Positions 43,123 to 51,409 of a stretch of 64,000 nt of DNA are shown here, piece after piece; the stretch's first letter is position 1, and each line of letters starts with the position of its first letter. This DNA comes from Candidatus Saccharimonadales bacterium (lineage in GTDB: Bacteria > Chloroflexota > Dormibacteria > Aeolococcales > Aeolococcaceae). The stretch covers positions 9,143-73,142 of the forward strand of contig DATKQX010000052.1 in assembly GCA_035532495.1 (NCBI GenBank), given 5' to 3'. A program made the position numbers and the translations under genes. The notes beneath the pieces were generated by a model that saw only the letters and a list, made by a program, of their open reading frames with translations, ran no database searches and had not been told where the DNA came from.

Positions 43123-43881
43123 CTACATCCCCCCGGCAACGCGCAGGATCGCCCCCGTCACGTAGCTCGCCTCAGCGCCGAGGAGCCAGACGATCGCGGC
43201 CGCAATCTCGTGCGCGTCTCCAGGGCGTCCGATCGGGACGCGGCCCGCGAGCCGGTCGGCACGGCCGGCGTCACCGGCATCTGTGTGGATGTCGGTGCGC
43301 ACGATCCCCGGCGCGACGGCATTCACCCGTATCCCCTGCGTCGCGAGCTCCTTCGACAGTCCGAGGGTCAGCGCGTCGACGCCTGCTTTGGCGGCCGCGT
43401 AGTGAACGTACTCGTGTGCGCTGCCGATGGTGGCCGCCGCCGATGAGATGTTGACGATCGCGCCTCCCGCACCACCGCGACCCGTGGACATCACCTGCGC
43501 CGCGCGTCGCGCGCACAGGATGACGCCCGTGAGGTTGACGTCGATGACCTCGCGGATGATGGCGACCGGGGTCTCCGCAAGGTCACCGAGATGCAGCGTC
43601 GCGCCGGCGTTGTTGACGAGACCCGTCACCGGCCCGAGTGCGTCGCACGCGATGGCGAAGAGACGCTCGACGTCCGTTTCCACCGCGACGTCGGCCTGGA
43701 CGGCGACGGCGCGAGCGCCGGCGGTCTCGACCTCACGCACCACCCACTCCGCTGCCTCCTGATTGCGGCGGTAATTCACCACAACATCGTGGCCGCCGCG
43801 AGCAAGATGCACGGCGGTCGCCGCGCCGATGCCCCGACCGCCACCGGTGACAATCGTGATCGGCCGTCGGTCGGGGTCCAC
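43123..43881 (-). CDS. SDR-family oxidoreductase
   Basis: GTG 43881 within ORF ..44115. TGGGRGIG cofactor motif, NNAG, and catalytic YAAAK. Confidence 0.85.
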   Translation of the reverse strand: MDPDRRPITIVTGGGRGIGAATAVHLARGGHDVVVNYRRNQEAAEWVVREVETAGARAVAVQADVAVETDVERLFAIACDALGPVTGLVNNAGATLHLGDLAETPVAIIREVIDVNLTGVILCARRAAQVMSTGRGGAGGAIVNISSAAATIGSAHEYVHYAAAKAGVDALTLGLSKELATQGIRVNAVAPGIVRTDIHTDAGDAGRADRLAGRVPIGRPGDAHEIAAAIVWLLGAEASYVTGAILRVAGGM

Positions 43882-44236
43882 GCGCTGATCATGGCGCAGA
43901 GCACGTCGAGGTGGAGAGTCGAAACAGAGGCGGCTTACGACGAAGGAGGCGCCGGCTACGTCACGCAGGTTGAGCACGAGGTTGAACCTGACCTGGCTCC
44001 CCGAGGCGACGAGCCCGGCTGGCTTGGAACGCTCGGACGACGGAGCCAGCGACCCCGCGAGCATCGCGCGCCCGCCGACTGCTGCAGAGGCCGAGGCCGG
44101 CGTTCCGGAGGCCACGGTCGCTTCGCGACATCCGCGAGCTGGGGATCCTGCTCCGCGGGCTTACGTGGTGAACCAGTTGGCGACGATACCGATCAGGACT
44201 TCAGCGGAGCGGCAAATTGAACGTAGTATTGCCGGC

Positions 44237-45400
44237 ATGACCCGGCGCGTCCTGGTCGTCATCGTCCTCGGACTGGTGGCGGCCGCATGTGGATCGCCGT
44301 CAGTGCGCCCCTCGGTGACAGCCGTCGCGTCGGCAACCCCAGCGCCGACAGCCACGGCAACGCCGACGCCATCGCCGTCGCCCCCCTCGCTGGACGTGAG
44401 TCCACTCATTCCGGAGTTGAGCGCCGGCGGTGGGCTCGACCTGCTGCAGGAGAACGGCACCACAGCCTTCTCGTTCCCGGCATCCAAGGCCTTCGAGCTG
44501 TTCTCACCGTTCGGCAACGCCTTCCTGGCTGCTCCAGTCGTCAACAGCACGCCAACCTCGATCGTGGCGATCCAGCCGGACGGGAGCCTGCAGACGCTCC
44601 AGCCGGTCACCGGAACTGAGGCCTCGACGGGGGTGGCGGGAGCGCTCGACGGCCACGCCTGGGCATGGCTCAGCGGAACCTCCTACTCCAGCCCGTGCAA
44701 CAACGGCGTCAGCACCGGAACGCTCGATATGCAGACGCCGACGTCGCAACCGGCGGTCGTCGCGGCTCTCCCGGCGGGCGGCGCGACGACGGCGTGGTCA
44801 CTCGGCGGATGGGCGGGTGGTGACCTCTGGGTGGTCGAGGATACCGGTTGCCCCAATACCGGTACCGGGACCACCGCCGCCTTCATCGTGCGCGACGGCA
44901 GCACCACGTTGACGCCCGTTCAATCGGCGCTCGGGACAGGATGCCGGCTCACAGCGGTGGCACTCGATGGGTCGATGCTGTGCGTCGTGCAGCCCGCCAA
45001 GCCGACCACGAAGTGGCGATTCGTCGCAGCCGACGGTGCGTCGCAAGATTTCAGCGCCGCGTCGCTTCCATCGCTGTGCGCGGGTCACGGAACCGTCGGT
45101 GACTTCGAGGGGTTCGCCCTCTCGGTCGACGGGCAGTACATCAGTGTCGACGCCGGCTGCAAAACGAGCGCTGCGCGCTTTGATCAGCTGTTCATCATCT
45201 CGACCGCCACGGGGACGGCCAAGGTGGTCGAGTCGCCCACGTATCTTGCGGCCGACTCCTGGCTGCCTGACGACGCGTTGCTCTGCGTCGACCTCGGCAA
45301 CCCCTCGGCTGCGCACTCGTACCTTGTCACGCCGGCTGGAGCGGTGACGCCGCTCGGCACCGGCGAAGCCACCTGGGCGACCACTGACGTGGAGTGGTAA
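44237..45400 (+). CDS. hypothetical lipoprotein
   Basis: ATG 44237 within ORF 43970... Signal peptide with LVAAAC, a Pro/Thr linker and a beta-rich body. Confidence 0.6.
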   Translation: MTRRVLVVIVLGLVAAACGSPSVRPSVTAVASATPAPTATATPTPSPSPPSLDVSPLIPELSAGGGLDLLQENGTTAFSFPASKAFELFSPFGNAFLAAPVVNSTPTSIVAIQPDGSLQTLQPVTGTEASTGVAGALDGHAWAWLSGTSYSSPCNNGVSTGTLDMQTPTSQPAVVAALPAGGATTAWSLGGWAGGDLWVVEDTGCPNTGTGTTAAFIVRDGSTTLTPVQSALGTGCRLTAVALDGSMLCVVQPAKPTTKWRFVAADGASQDFSAASLPSLCAGHGTVGDFEGFALSVDGQYISVDAGCKTSAARFDQLFIISTATGTAKVVESPTYLAADSWLPDDALLCVDLGNPSAAHSYLVTPAGAVTPLGTGEATWATTDVEW

Positions 45401-45481
45401 CAAGCGTTTTCGGCGCGGGATCCGATGCTATCCTCGGTGCCGAGCGGACGTCCCCCACGGTTCCTGAGGAAATCTCCTGCG

Positions 45482-45712
45482 ATGGTGATAGTCATCGATC
45501 CCGCCGGCGAGAAACACCAGTATCAGGGCGGACGGCACATCGAGGTGAGCGACGGCCATCTCATCGTCAAGGACAAGGCTGAGGGCGACGCGATCGGCAT
45601 CTTCGCCCCGGGCAAGTGGCTCAGCGCGCATGTGGACGCGGTGCCGGCCCGGCCCGCCGGGGTCGCCGGTGGTGGTCAGGGCATCCGCACGCGCCTGGGG
45701 CAATCCATCTAA
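45482..45712 (+). CDS. hypothetical small protein (76 aa)
   Basis: ATG 45482 follows GAGGA. No recognised family. Confidence 0.45.
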   Translation: MVIVIDPAGEKHQYQGGRHIEVSDGHLIVKDKAEGDAIGIFAPGKWLSAHVDAVPARPAGVAGGGQGIRTRLGQSI

Positions 45713-45776
45713 AGGCTGACCCCGAAACCCATTTTTCCTGAGGCGGGCGGGCTAATGTCAGGTATAGTTGACATAT

Positions 45777-46121
45777 ATGGCCTACCTCGCCTCCACTGCC
45801 GGCGCGGATTCCGCAGTCGCATCCATTCAGGGGGCGCTGAACGCGCTGCCGACGGGTGACCGCTTGCTGGCTCTGCGATCGCTGGCGGTGATGATCGGAT
45901 CGAAGCGCGCGTCCACCGTGCTGGCCGCCCGCGCCGACGGGATGAGCTGGGGCGACATCGCCGATCGCCTCGGCATGTCGCGGCAGTCCGTCTGGGACCG
46001 CTATGCCGCCGAGGACCACGATCCGCCGCCGCCCGCCCGCGGCCGCGTCGCCCGCACGCGCACCGCGACTCACACGTCGTCCAGTTGCGCCGCCTACAAA
46101 GCCGTCACCACCCGTCAGTAA
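45777..46121 (+). CDS. small HTH-domain protein
   Basis: HTH segment MSWGDIADRLGMSRQSVWDRY. ATG 45777 lies 8 nt after a TATAGT hexamer, so the mRNA may be leaderless. In-frame TTG 45768 is an alternative start. Confidence 0.55.
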   Translation: MAYLASTAGADSAVASIQGALNALPTGDRLLALRSLAVMIGSKRASTVLAARADGMSWGDIADRLGMSRQSVWDRYAAEDHDPPPPARGRVARTRTATHTSSSCAAYKAVTTRQ

Positions 46122-46135
46122 CCAGGAGACCCCAG

Positions 46136-46465
46136 ATGGTCAAACCAGTTGACGACCGTAGCTTCGACATCGACGTGCTCGGAGCCGATATCCCCGTGCT
46201 CGTCGAGTTCGGCGCCTCCTGGTGCCCGCCCTGCCGGATGCTGGTGCAGATCCTCGAGGAGATCGCCGCCGAGCGGGCCGGTTCCCTGCTCGTCGTGAGC
46301 ATCGATGTGGACGCGAACGCGGCGACGCAGGCCCGATTCGGAGTCATGTCGCTGCCGACGATGTTGCTCTTCAAGGCAGGCGAGCCGCTTCGGCAGGCCG
46401 TCGGGCTCATGCCGAAGGGCCGGCTGCTGCAGTTCGTGGACGAGGCGCTCGCGACTGCCGCGTAG
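46136..46465 (+). CDS. thioredoxin-family protein with WCPPC active site
   Basis: ATG 46136 follows AGGAG. FGASWCPPCRM, 109 aa, SLPTMLLFK. Confidence 0.85.
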   Translation: MVKPVDDRSFDIDVLGADIPVLVEFGASWCPPCRMLVQILEEIAAERAGSLLVVSIDVDANAATQARFGVMSLPTMLLFKAGEPLRQAVGLMPKGRLLQFVDEALATAA

Positions 46466-46470
46466 CGACC

Positions 46471-46650
46471 TCAGATGGCGATGGCGAGCTTCACCCCGAG
46501 CAGGATGAGGGGCCAGAGAATCACCGCAAGCACAGCGGACAGGATCGCCCCGATGGTCCCGACGTGGTCGAAGAAGTGATGCGTGGCAGCCACGACCACC
46601 CCGATCACGATCCAGATGATCGGTATCAGCGAGACGCTTGATCTCCGCAT
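46471..46650 (-). CDS. small 2-TM membrane protein (59 aa, below ORF-track cutoff)
   Basis: My own translation: MRRSSVSLIPIIWIVIGVVVAATHHFFDHVGTIGAILSAVLAVILWPLILLGVKLAIAI. High GC3. The ATG lies 3 nt after the csbD stop. Confidence 0.55.
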   Translation of the reverse strand: MRRSSVSLIPIIWIVIGVVVAATHHFFDHVGTIGAILSAVLAVILWPLILLGVKLAIAI

Positions 46651-46653
46651 CGC

Positions 46654-46845
46654 TTATCTGCGATCGATTTCGTTCTTGACGCCCTCGGCTGCGCCCTTCA
46701 CCTTGTCGGCCGCCCCGCCGACCGCGTGTTCGACGTTGCCGGCAGCCTGCTGGGCCTTTCCCTCGGACTCGCGCTCGTCGTCACCGGTGACCTTGCCCTG
46801 CAGTTCCTTCGCCTTGCCGACGACCTGATCCTGTTCACCAGACAT
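46654..46845 (-). CDS. CsbD-family general-stress protein
   Basis: GKAKELQGKVTGD...EGKAQQAAG is the CsbD repeat pattern. GGAGGA SD. Confidence 0.85.
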   Translation of the reverse strand: MSGEQDQVVGKAKELQGKVTGDDERESEGKAQQAAGNVEHAVGGAADKVKGAAEGVKNEIDRR

Positions 46846-46894
46846 GTGACGTCCTCCGTCGTGGCAGCACTCCGGCGGCCGGAAAGCTGCTATT

Positions 46895-46911
46895 TGATAG
46901 TCGCACTATCA
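46895..46911. promoter_or_regulatory. palindrome TGATA-N7-TATCA upstream of csbD (candidate operator, site A)
   Basis: TGATAGTCGCACTATCA, 50-66 nt upstream of the csbD ATG, inside an AT-rich patch. Confidence 0.5.
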
Positions 46912-46938
46912 TAACACGCTACACCAGCACTGGGCTGC

Positions 46939-47304
46939 CTAGCTCGACGGCTCCCGCATCGCCGCTGCGCGTGCCGTCCAGAAGTCGAATCGACGCTCGA
47001 GCCGGTCGGCCTCGGCCCTGAGGATCTTCAGGTCCGTGTCCTCGACTTCAGCCCGCGCGGCATCACCCATGGACACGAGGCGCTCGTCGGTGACCATCAG
47101 CAGCCGGCGCTTGAAGTCCAGCAATTCACCGTAGACCTTCATCCAGTGCTGCGCGTCGTCCATGTGCGGGGTGCGCTCGTCCTCGCCCGGGAGGAGCCGC
47201 TCTGGCTCCACCGCGTCCTGAGCAGCCTCCGCGGCTTCGTCGGCATCGGGTGCGTCACTGCCGGGCGGGCGAACCGCGGATTCGTCGGGGATTTCCGTGC
47301 TCAT
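46939..47304 (-). CDS. hypothetical acidic/coiled-coil protein co-translated with the MerR-like regulator
   Basis: ATG 47304 overlaps the MerR stop (ATGA). No recognised family. Confidence 0.55.
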   Translation of the reverse strand: MSTEIPDESAVRPPGSDAPDADEAAEAAQDAVEPERLLPGEDERTPHMDDAQHWMKVYGELLDFKRRLLMVTDERLVSMGDAARAEVEDTDLKILRAEADRLERRFDFWTARAAAMREPSS

Positions 47305-47675
47305 GTATCCAGTCTCAGACCACCAGGTGTCAGACCACCACCAGGTGATTGATTGACGTCGACGTCGGCCAGGCCGACGGGACGGGGGATCCCGTTGGCA
47401 TCGAGGAGTTGGAGGCATTCGGTGACGTATCGGGCTCCGGCCAGGTTGAGCCCGCGGCCCTGCATCAGTCGCTCGATGGCGCTGATTGACAGGATATCCC
47501 GCTCAGAGAACAGCCGCCGATTGTTCCCCGACCGCCGTGGCACGACCAGCCCGAAGTGTTCGTACATCATGAGAGTTCGGGTCGTGGTGGCCAGGATGTC
47601 GGCCGCGATGCCGATCGTGTACAGCGGCTTGTCGAGATCCCGTCCATGGCCTGGACGCACGGCCGCGCCGGTCAT
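47301..47675 (-). CDS. MerR-family (HspR-like) transcriptional regulator
   Basis: YTIGIAADILATTTRTLMMYEHFGLVVPRRSGNNRRLFSERDI...GLNLAGA. AGGAG SD. Confidence 0.8.
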   Translation of the reverse strand: MTGAAVRPGHGRDLDKPLYTIGIAADILATTTRTLMMYEHFGLVVPRRSGNNRRLFSERDILSISAIERLMQGRGLNLAGARYVTECLQLLDANGIPRPVGLADVDVNQSPGGGLTPGGLRLDT

Positions 47676-47754
47676 CTGATGTTCGCTCCTGTTGAGGGTC
47701 TGGAAGCCTGGCAGGCCCGGTCCCGGAACCTCACAGCGCAGCCGACCGATAATA

Positions 47755-47771
47755 TGATATAGTAACTATCA
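47755..47771. promoter_or_regulatory. palindrome TGATA-N7-TATCA in the merR-like/Zn-ribbon divergent spacer (candidate operator, site B)
   Basis: TGATATAGTAACTATCA. It abuts a minus-strand TATTAT hexamer (47749..47754) and contains a plus-strand TATAGT. Confidence 0.5.
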
Positions 47772-47812
47772 CTAAATCCGCCGAACGTTCGCATATCTGG
47801 AGGTTTGACCTG

Positions 47813-48016
47813 ATGGCTCGCAAGTACACCCCCGTCGAGCTTGATCTGAAGCCGGTGCTGGAGTCACATCTCACGGAGGCCGCGTCCTGCCCCCAGTGCG
47901 GATCGCGCGTCACCCAGGTGCTCGGACGTATGGGCCTGCGGCTGGTCTTTCGCTGCGACAAATGCCTCGTCCGGTTCTTCCGCCAGCGCCCGGCGACCAG
48001 CGCGAGCTTTCTCTAG
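47813..48016 (+). CDS. small zinc-ribbon protein (67 aa)
   Basis: ATG 47813 lies 9 nt after GGAGG. CPQC-N17-CDKC. Confidence 0.6.
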   Translation: MARKYTPVELDLKPVLESHLTEAASCPQCGSRVTQVLGRMGLRLVFRCDKCLVRFFRQRPATSASFL

Positions 48017-48034
48017 CCGTCGGGAGCACGTCGC

Positions 48035-48562
48035 TCACGGCCGCTCGAGCTGAGATCGTGGCCAGTTCTCGGTGCTGAGCGCCCAGCGCTCGTGGTCGCG
48101 CCAGTCCCCGTCCAGTCTGAGATACCGAGGGGAGTAGCCCTCCTTCTGGAAACCGAGCCGCTGCACGAGCGCAAGGGAGCGCGCGTTGGCCGGCTGGATG
48201 TTCGCCTCGAGGCGATGCAAGCCGAGCTCGCCGAATGCCGTGTCGATCACGAGGCGGAGCCCCTGCGTCATCAACCCTCGCCCCGCATGAGACGCGAAGG
48301 CGCCATAGCCCAGGTAGGCCGACTGGAACGCGCCACGCACGATATTGCTGACGTTCGCGTAGCCGACAAGCTCGCCGCACGACGTATGGCGCAGGAGATA
48401 GGCGACGTGGTCGTCCCGTCCGCTCAGGAGCAGGAAGCCGGCGAACCGGGCCTCCGAGTCCGGCGCCTCGATCCAGGACTGGTGCAGCGTACGGCTCGCG
48501 CGAGCCGCCGCGATGAAGTCGCCGGCATCGCCAGACGTTGGCGTCGACACAATGACATCCAT
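48035..48562 (-). CDS. GNAT-family N-acetyltransferase (RimJ/RimL-like)
   Basis: HRLEANIQPANARSLALVQRLGFQKEGYSPRYLRLDGDWRDHERW. ATG 48562 is preferred over 48622. Confidence 0.75.
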   Translation of the reverse strand: MDVIVSTPTSGDAGDFIAAARASRTLHQSWIEAPDSEARFAGFLLLSGRDDHVAYLLRHTSCGELVGYANVSNIVRGAFQSAYLGYGAFASHAGRGLMTQGLRLVIDTAFGELGLHRLEANIQPANARSLALVQRLGFQKEGYSPRYLRLDGDWRDHERWALSTENWPRSQLERP

Positions 48563-48620
48563 CGTCGAGAGTCTGCCCTGCCGGACGCCACCCCGGAGGC
48601 GGTACCGTTGGCGAGTTGAC

Positions 48621-49136
48621 ATGGCCGACGATACGCGCGTCACCGACCTGATCCGCTTGGACCACGACTGGTTCCGCGGCAAGTTTGCCGCGCTCCAGCA
48701 GGCCCGCGGCGATGACGCCGCTTTGCCGGCGCTCTGGAAAGAGCTGTCAGACCGTCTTGAGGTTCATGCCGCCGCCGAGGAGACGCTCTTCTACCCGCGA
48801 CTCCTCAAGGATGACAAGGACTCGGTCGACGACACCCAGGACGCGATCCGCGACCACAACGAGATCCGCGACGGTATCCGTGATTCCGAGGCGCACGCCA
48901 TCGGCGGTGAGGCCTGGTGGAAGGCAGTCGAGGCTGCCACCAAGGCCAACACCGAGCACATGGAGGAAGAGGAAGCCGGACCACTCCGTGAGTTCGATGA
49001 CTTCGCGTCGCCGGACGAGCAGGCGGATGTGGCTGCTGCCTTCGCCGCCTTCGAGCGCGACCACGCCGGACGGCGTGGGATCAGCACCGAGGACAAGGAT
49101 CCCGACCGGTACATCGAGGAACACGCGCCGGGGTGA
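48621..49136 (+). CDS. hemerythrin (HHE cation-binding) domain protein
   Basis: ATG 48621. LIRLDHDWFRGKF...HAAAEETLFYP...IRDHNEIRD...HMEEEE. Confidence 0.75.
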   Translation: MADDTRVTDLIRLDHDWFRGKFAALQQARGDDAALPALWKELSDRLEVHAAAEETLFYPRLLKDDKDSVDDTQDAIRDHNEIRDGIRDSEAHAIGGEAWWKAVEAATKANTEHMEEEEAGPLREFDDFASPDEQADVAAAFAAFERDHAGRRGISTEDKDPDRYIEEHAPG

Positions 49137-49184
49137 TCGCGCTCCCGCAATGCCGCCTGGGGCCGCCGTCTGGGGATGGGCCTT

Positions 49185-49673
49185 TCAGGTTGCCTCGGGC
49201 GATCCTGCCGAGAGCGATCGCGTCACCGCGAAGGACAGTAGAAGCACGACGACGGCTATACCCGCGCCGAACAGAGCGCATTGCCAGGCGGTGAACGGGC
49301 GCTGGAGCAAGAGGACAGATGGAGGACAGCGCATGTAGGGCGGGCAAGATTGAAGCGACTGGAGTTGCGCCGTCCAGAAGCCGACGCCAGCCCCCGCCAC
49401 CGCAGCTGCCGCCGACGACGCCTTGAGCGCTGTTGACCACGACGGTAGCGCCATCGCCACGGAGAGCAGAAGCAGGACGGCCGCGGCATCCGCGCCAAAC
49501 AGGATGCATTGCCAGGTCGCGAACGTAGGCTTCAAATACAGTTTGATGAGCACGCAGAGCGCGTCAGATGGGCACTGGTATCGGCTCGGCGTCAACTGCG
49601 CGGTCCAGAGACCAACCCCAACCCCCACCGGCACGGACGCGAGCCGAAGGACAAGCGCGAGTGTGCGCCCCAT
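49185..49673 (-). CDS. hypothetical 4-TM membrane protein built from two tandem Cys-containing repeats
   Basis: ATG 49673. The repeats are GVGLWTAQL..C..C...FATWQCILFGA and GVGFWTAQL..C..C...FTAWQCALFGA. Confidence 0.55.
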   Translation of the reverse strand: MGRTLALVLRLASVPVGVGVGLWTAQLTPSRYQCPSDALCVLIKLYLKPTFATWQCILFGADAAAVLLLLSVAMALPSWSTALKASSAAAAVAGAGVGFWTAQLQSLQSCPPYMRCPPSVLLLQRPFTAWQCALFGAGIAVVVLLLSFAVTRSLSAGSPEAT

Positions 49674-49744
49674 CTCAGTGATGCTATCGCGCCGATCGGT
49701 CTCCGGAGCGACGCGTTCGCCGGCTCGGAGTGAGCGTGACCCGC

Positions 49745-50413
49745 CTACGCGGCGTGCGGGCGGCACAGGGATCGGAATTCGGCGCGGAGCGCGGGATCCC
49801 CATCGAAGTGACCACGCCAGTACGTGGTGCGCGTCGTCGACTCCGTCTCACGGACCCCGCGCATCTGTGTGCAGAGATGGACGGCCTCGAGGTGCACCGC
49901 AACGCCGTGCGGCTCGAGGATGCTCACGAGCGCATCGGCAAGCTGTTGACCGATGCGCTCCTGGACGGTGAAACGCCGTGCGAACAGCCGCACCAGTCGC
50001 GTCAGCTTCGAGAGACCCAGGATGTGCTCGTGCGCGATGTAGCCGATGTACGCGCGGCCGTAGAAGGGCAGGGAGTGGTGCTCGCAGAGAGCGAAGAATG
50101 GAATCGGACCCTGGACCACCTGGCTGATGCGGCAATCCGGGTCGCCGTGGCACTCGGTCGGAAATGCCTTGACGATCTTCGAGTCGCCCTCGTATCCGTC
50201 GGTGGCGTCGAGGAGCGCTCGGACGAACCGGCGCGGCGTGTCGCGTGTCGACACGTTGCCGATGGTCATCCCCATCGCCTCGAAGATCTCGGCCATGTAT
50301 CCCTCGAACCGAAGCAGTTGCTCCGCGCTCACGGTCCGCGGTGTGACCGCTTCCCACGTGTGCGCCATCACATGAGCAGTGCTGCCGGTCGGGGCCGGCA
50401 TGTGCGTGTCCAT
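49745..50413 (-). CDS. folE: GTP cyclohydrolase I (type 1)
   Basis: FFALCEHHSLPFYGRAYIGYI, GLSKLTRLVRLFARRFTVQERIGQQLA, HLCTQMRGV. Confidence 0.9.
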   Translation of the reverse strand: MDTHMPAPTGSTAHVMAHTWEAVTPRTVSAEQLLRFEGYMAEIFEAMGMTIGNVSTRDTPRRFVRALLDATDGYEGDSKIVKAFPTECHGDPDCRISQVVQGPIPFFALCEHHSLPFYGRAYIGYIAHEHILGLSKLTRLVRLFARRFTVQERIGQQLADALVSILEPHGVAVHLEAVHLCTQMRGVRETESTTRTTYWRGHFDGDPALRAEFRSLCRPHAA

Positions 50414-50419
50414 CGATCC

Positions 50420-51313
50420 TCAGTGCAGCGGGACCGACGGCTTTACGGAGACACGCCCGTGTGCCTCGCGGACATCGAACCGCGGTTGCGAGAATGTCGC
50501 AGGACCGCCCTTCACCGCACCGGTGCACACGTCGAAGATCGAGCCATGCCAGGGGCATGTGATCCTTCCCCTCTCGAGGGTGCCCTCATCGAGTGGACCG
50601 CCCGCGTGTGAGCAGACTGCGCCGATCGCGCACAGCTCTCCCTGCTGACGGACGAGCAACGCCGGCAGGTCCTCGACCATGACGCGGCGAAGCTCGTTCT
50701 CGGGAAAGAACTCGCTGGTCCCGACGTCGACGTAGTCCTCCGCGCCTTCGTAGAAGGCGTTGCGATTCACGGCGGTTCCCATCGAGAACACGACGTGGCC
50801 ACCGATGTAGCCGCCAAGCAGAACGAGGATCAGTCCCGCCGTCGCGAGTCCCACCGCGGCCGGATGCAGCCCGGCACCGCCCACCCAGCGAAAGACCAGC
50901 GACACGATCTCGACGCCAGCAACCGTGGTCATCGTCAGCCCGTGCGCCAGCGCGAGGCGTCGCTCGTGACCGAACGTGTCGTGGAAGTCCGTGTAGCCGG
51001 TCACGATCGCCAGCACACCCGCGATGACGCCGACGAGCAGCGCGATGTCTCCAGCTGCTGCCGGAATGACGTGACCGAAGATGGCCAGGTAGTCGAGGAC
51101 GACACCGACGGTCCATGCGCCGATCGGCAGGTCGGTCATCGCCGGATGCAGAGGGTGACCCAGGAGGGTCGTTCCGTGCAGGAGGTTCTGGAGCATCCGC
51201 CCGGGAACGCCGAGGCCCTTGTAGATGGCGCCGATGACCTTCTGAATGAAGTCGCCGAGGCCGTCCAGCCAATTCTGCTTGCGAACCAGGCGGTCGATCA
51301 GGGGCTCCGACAC
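50420..51313 (-). CDS. DUF2231-type membrane domain fused to a C-terminal Rieske [2Fe-2S] domain
   Basis: GTG 51313 follows GAGGTG. HPLHPAMTDLPIGAW membrane part. Rieske ligand motifs CSHAGGPL ... CPWHGS. Confidence 0.8.
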   Translation of the reverse strand: MSEPLIDRLVRKQNWLDGLGDFIQKVIGAIYKGLGVPGRMLQNLLHGTTLLGHPLHPAMTDLPIGAWTVGVVLDYLAIFGHVIPAAAGDIALLVGVIAGVLAIVTGYTDFHDTFGHERRLALAHGLTMTTVAGVEIVSLVFRWVGGAGLHPAAVGLATAGLILVLLGGYIGGHVVFSMGTAVNRNAFYEGAEDYVDVGTSEFFPENELRRVMVEDLPALLVRQQGELCAIGAVCSHAGGPLDEGTLERGRITCPWHGSIFDVCTGAVKGGPATFSQPRFDVREAHGRVSVKPSVPLH

Positions 51314-51409
51314 CGGGACACCTCGCTTGTATCGTGGTCAGTAAAACTAAGGTATGCTGCTTTTAGAGAACGGTACCAGCTTCCCCCCGTTCGGGTGAGA
51401 GGAGCGGAC

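Noticed and set aside
48620-48623. CATG in which the hemerythrin ATG (48621) and a possible GNAT ATG (48622) would overlap head to head
   Set aside because: The GNAT fold begins at MDVIV (ATG 48562), and the extra 20 residues have no family support. The shorter model leaves a normal 58-bp divergent spacer.
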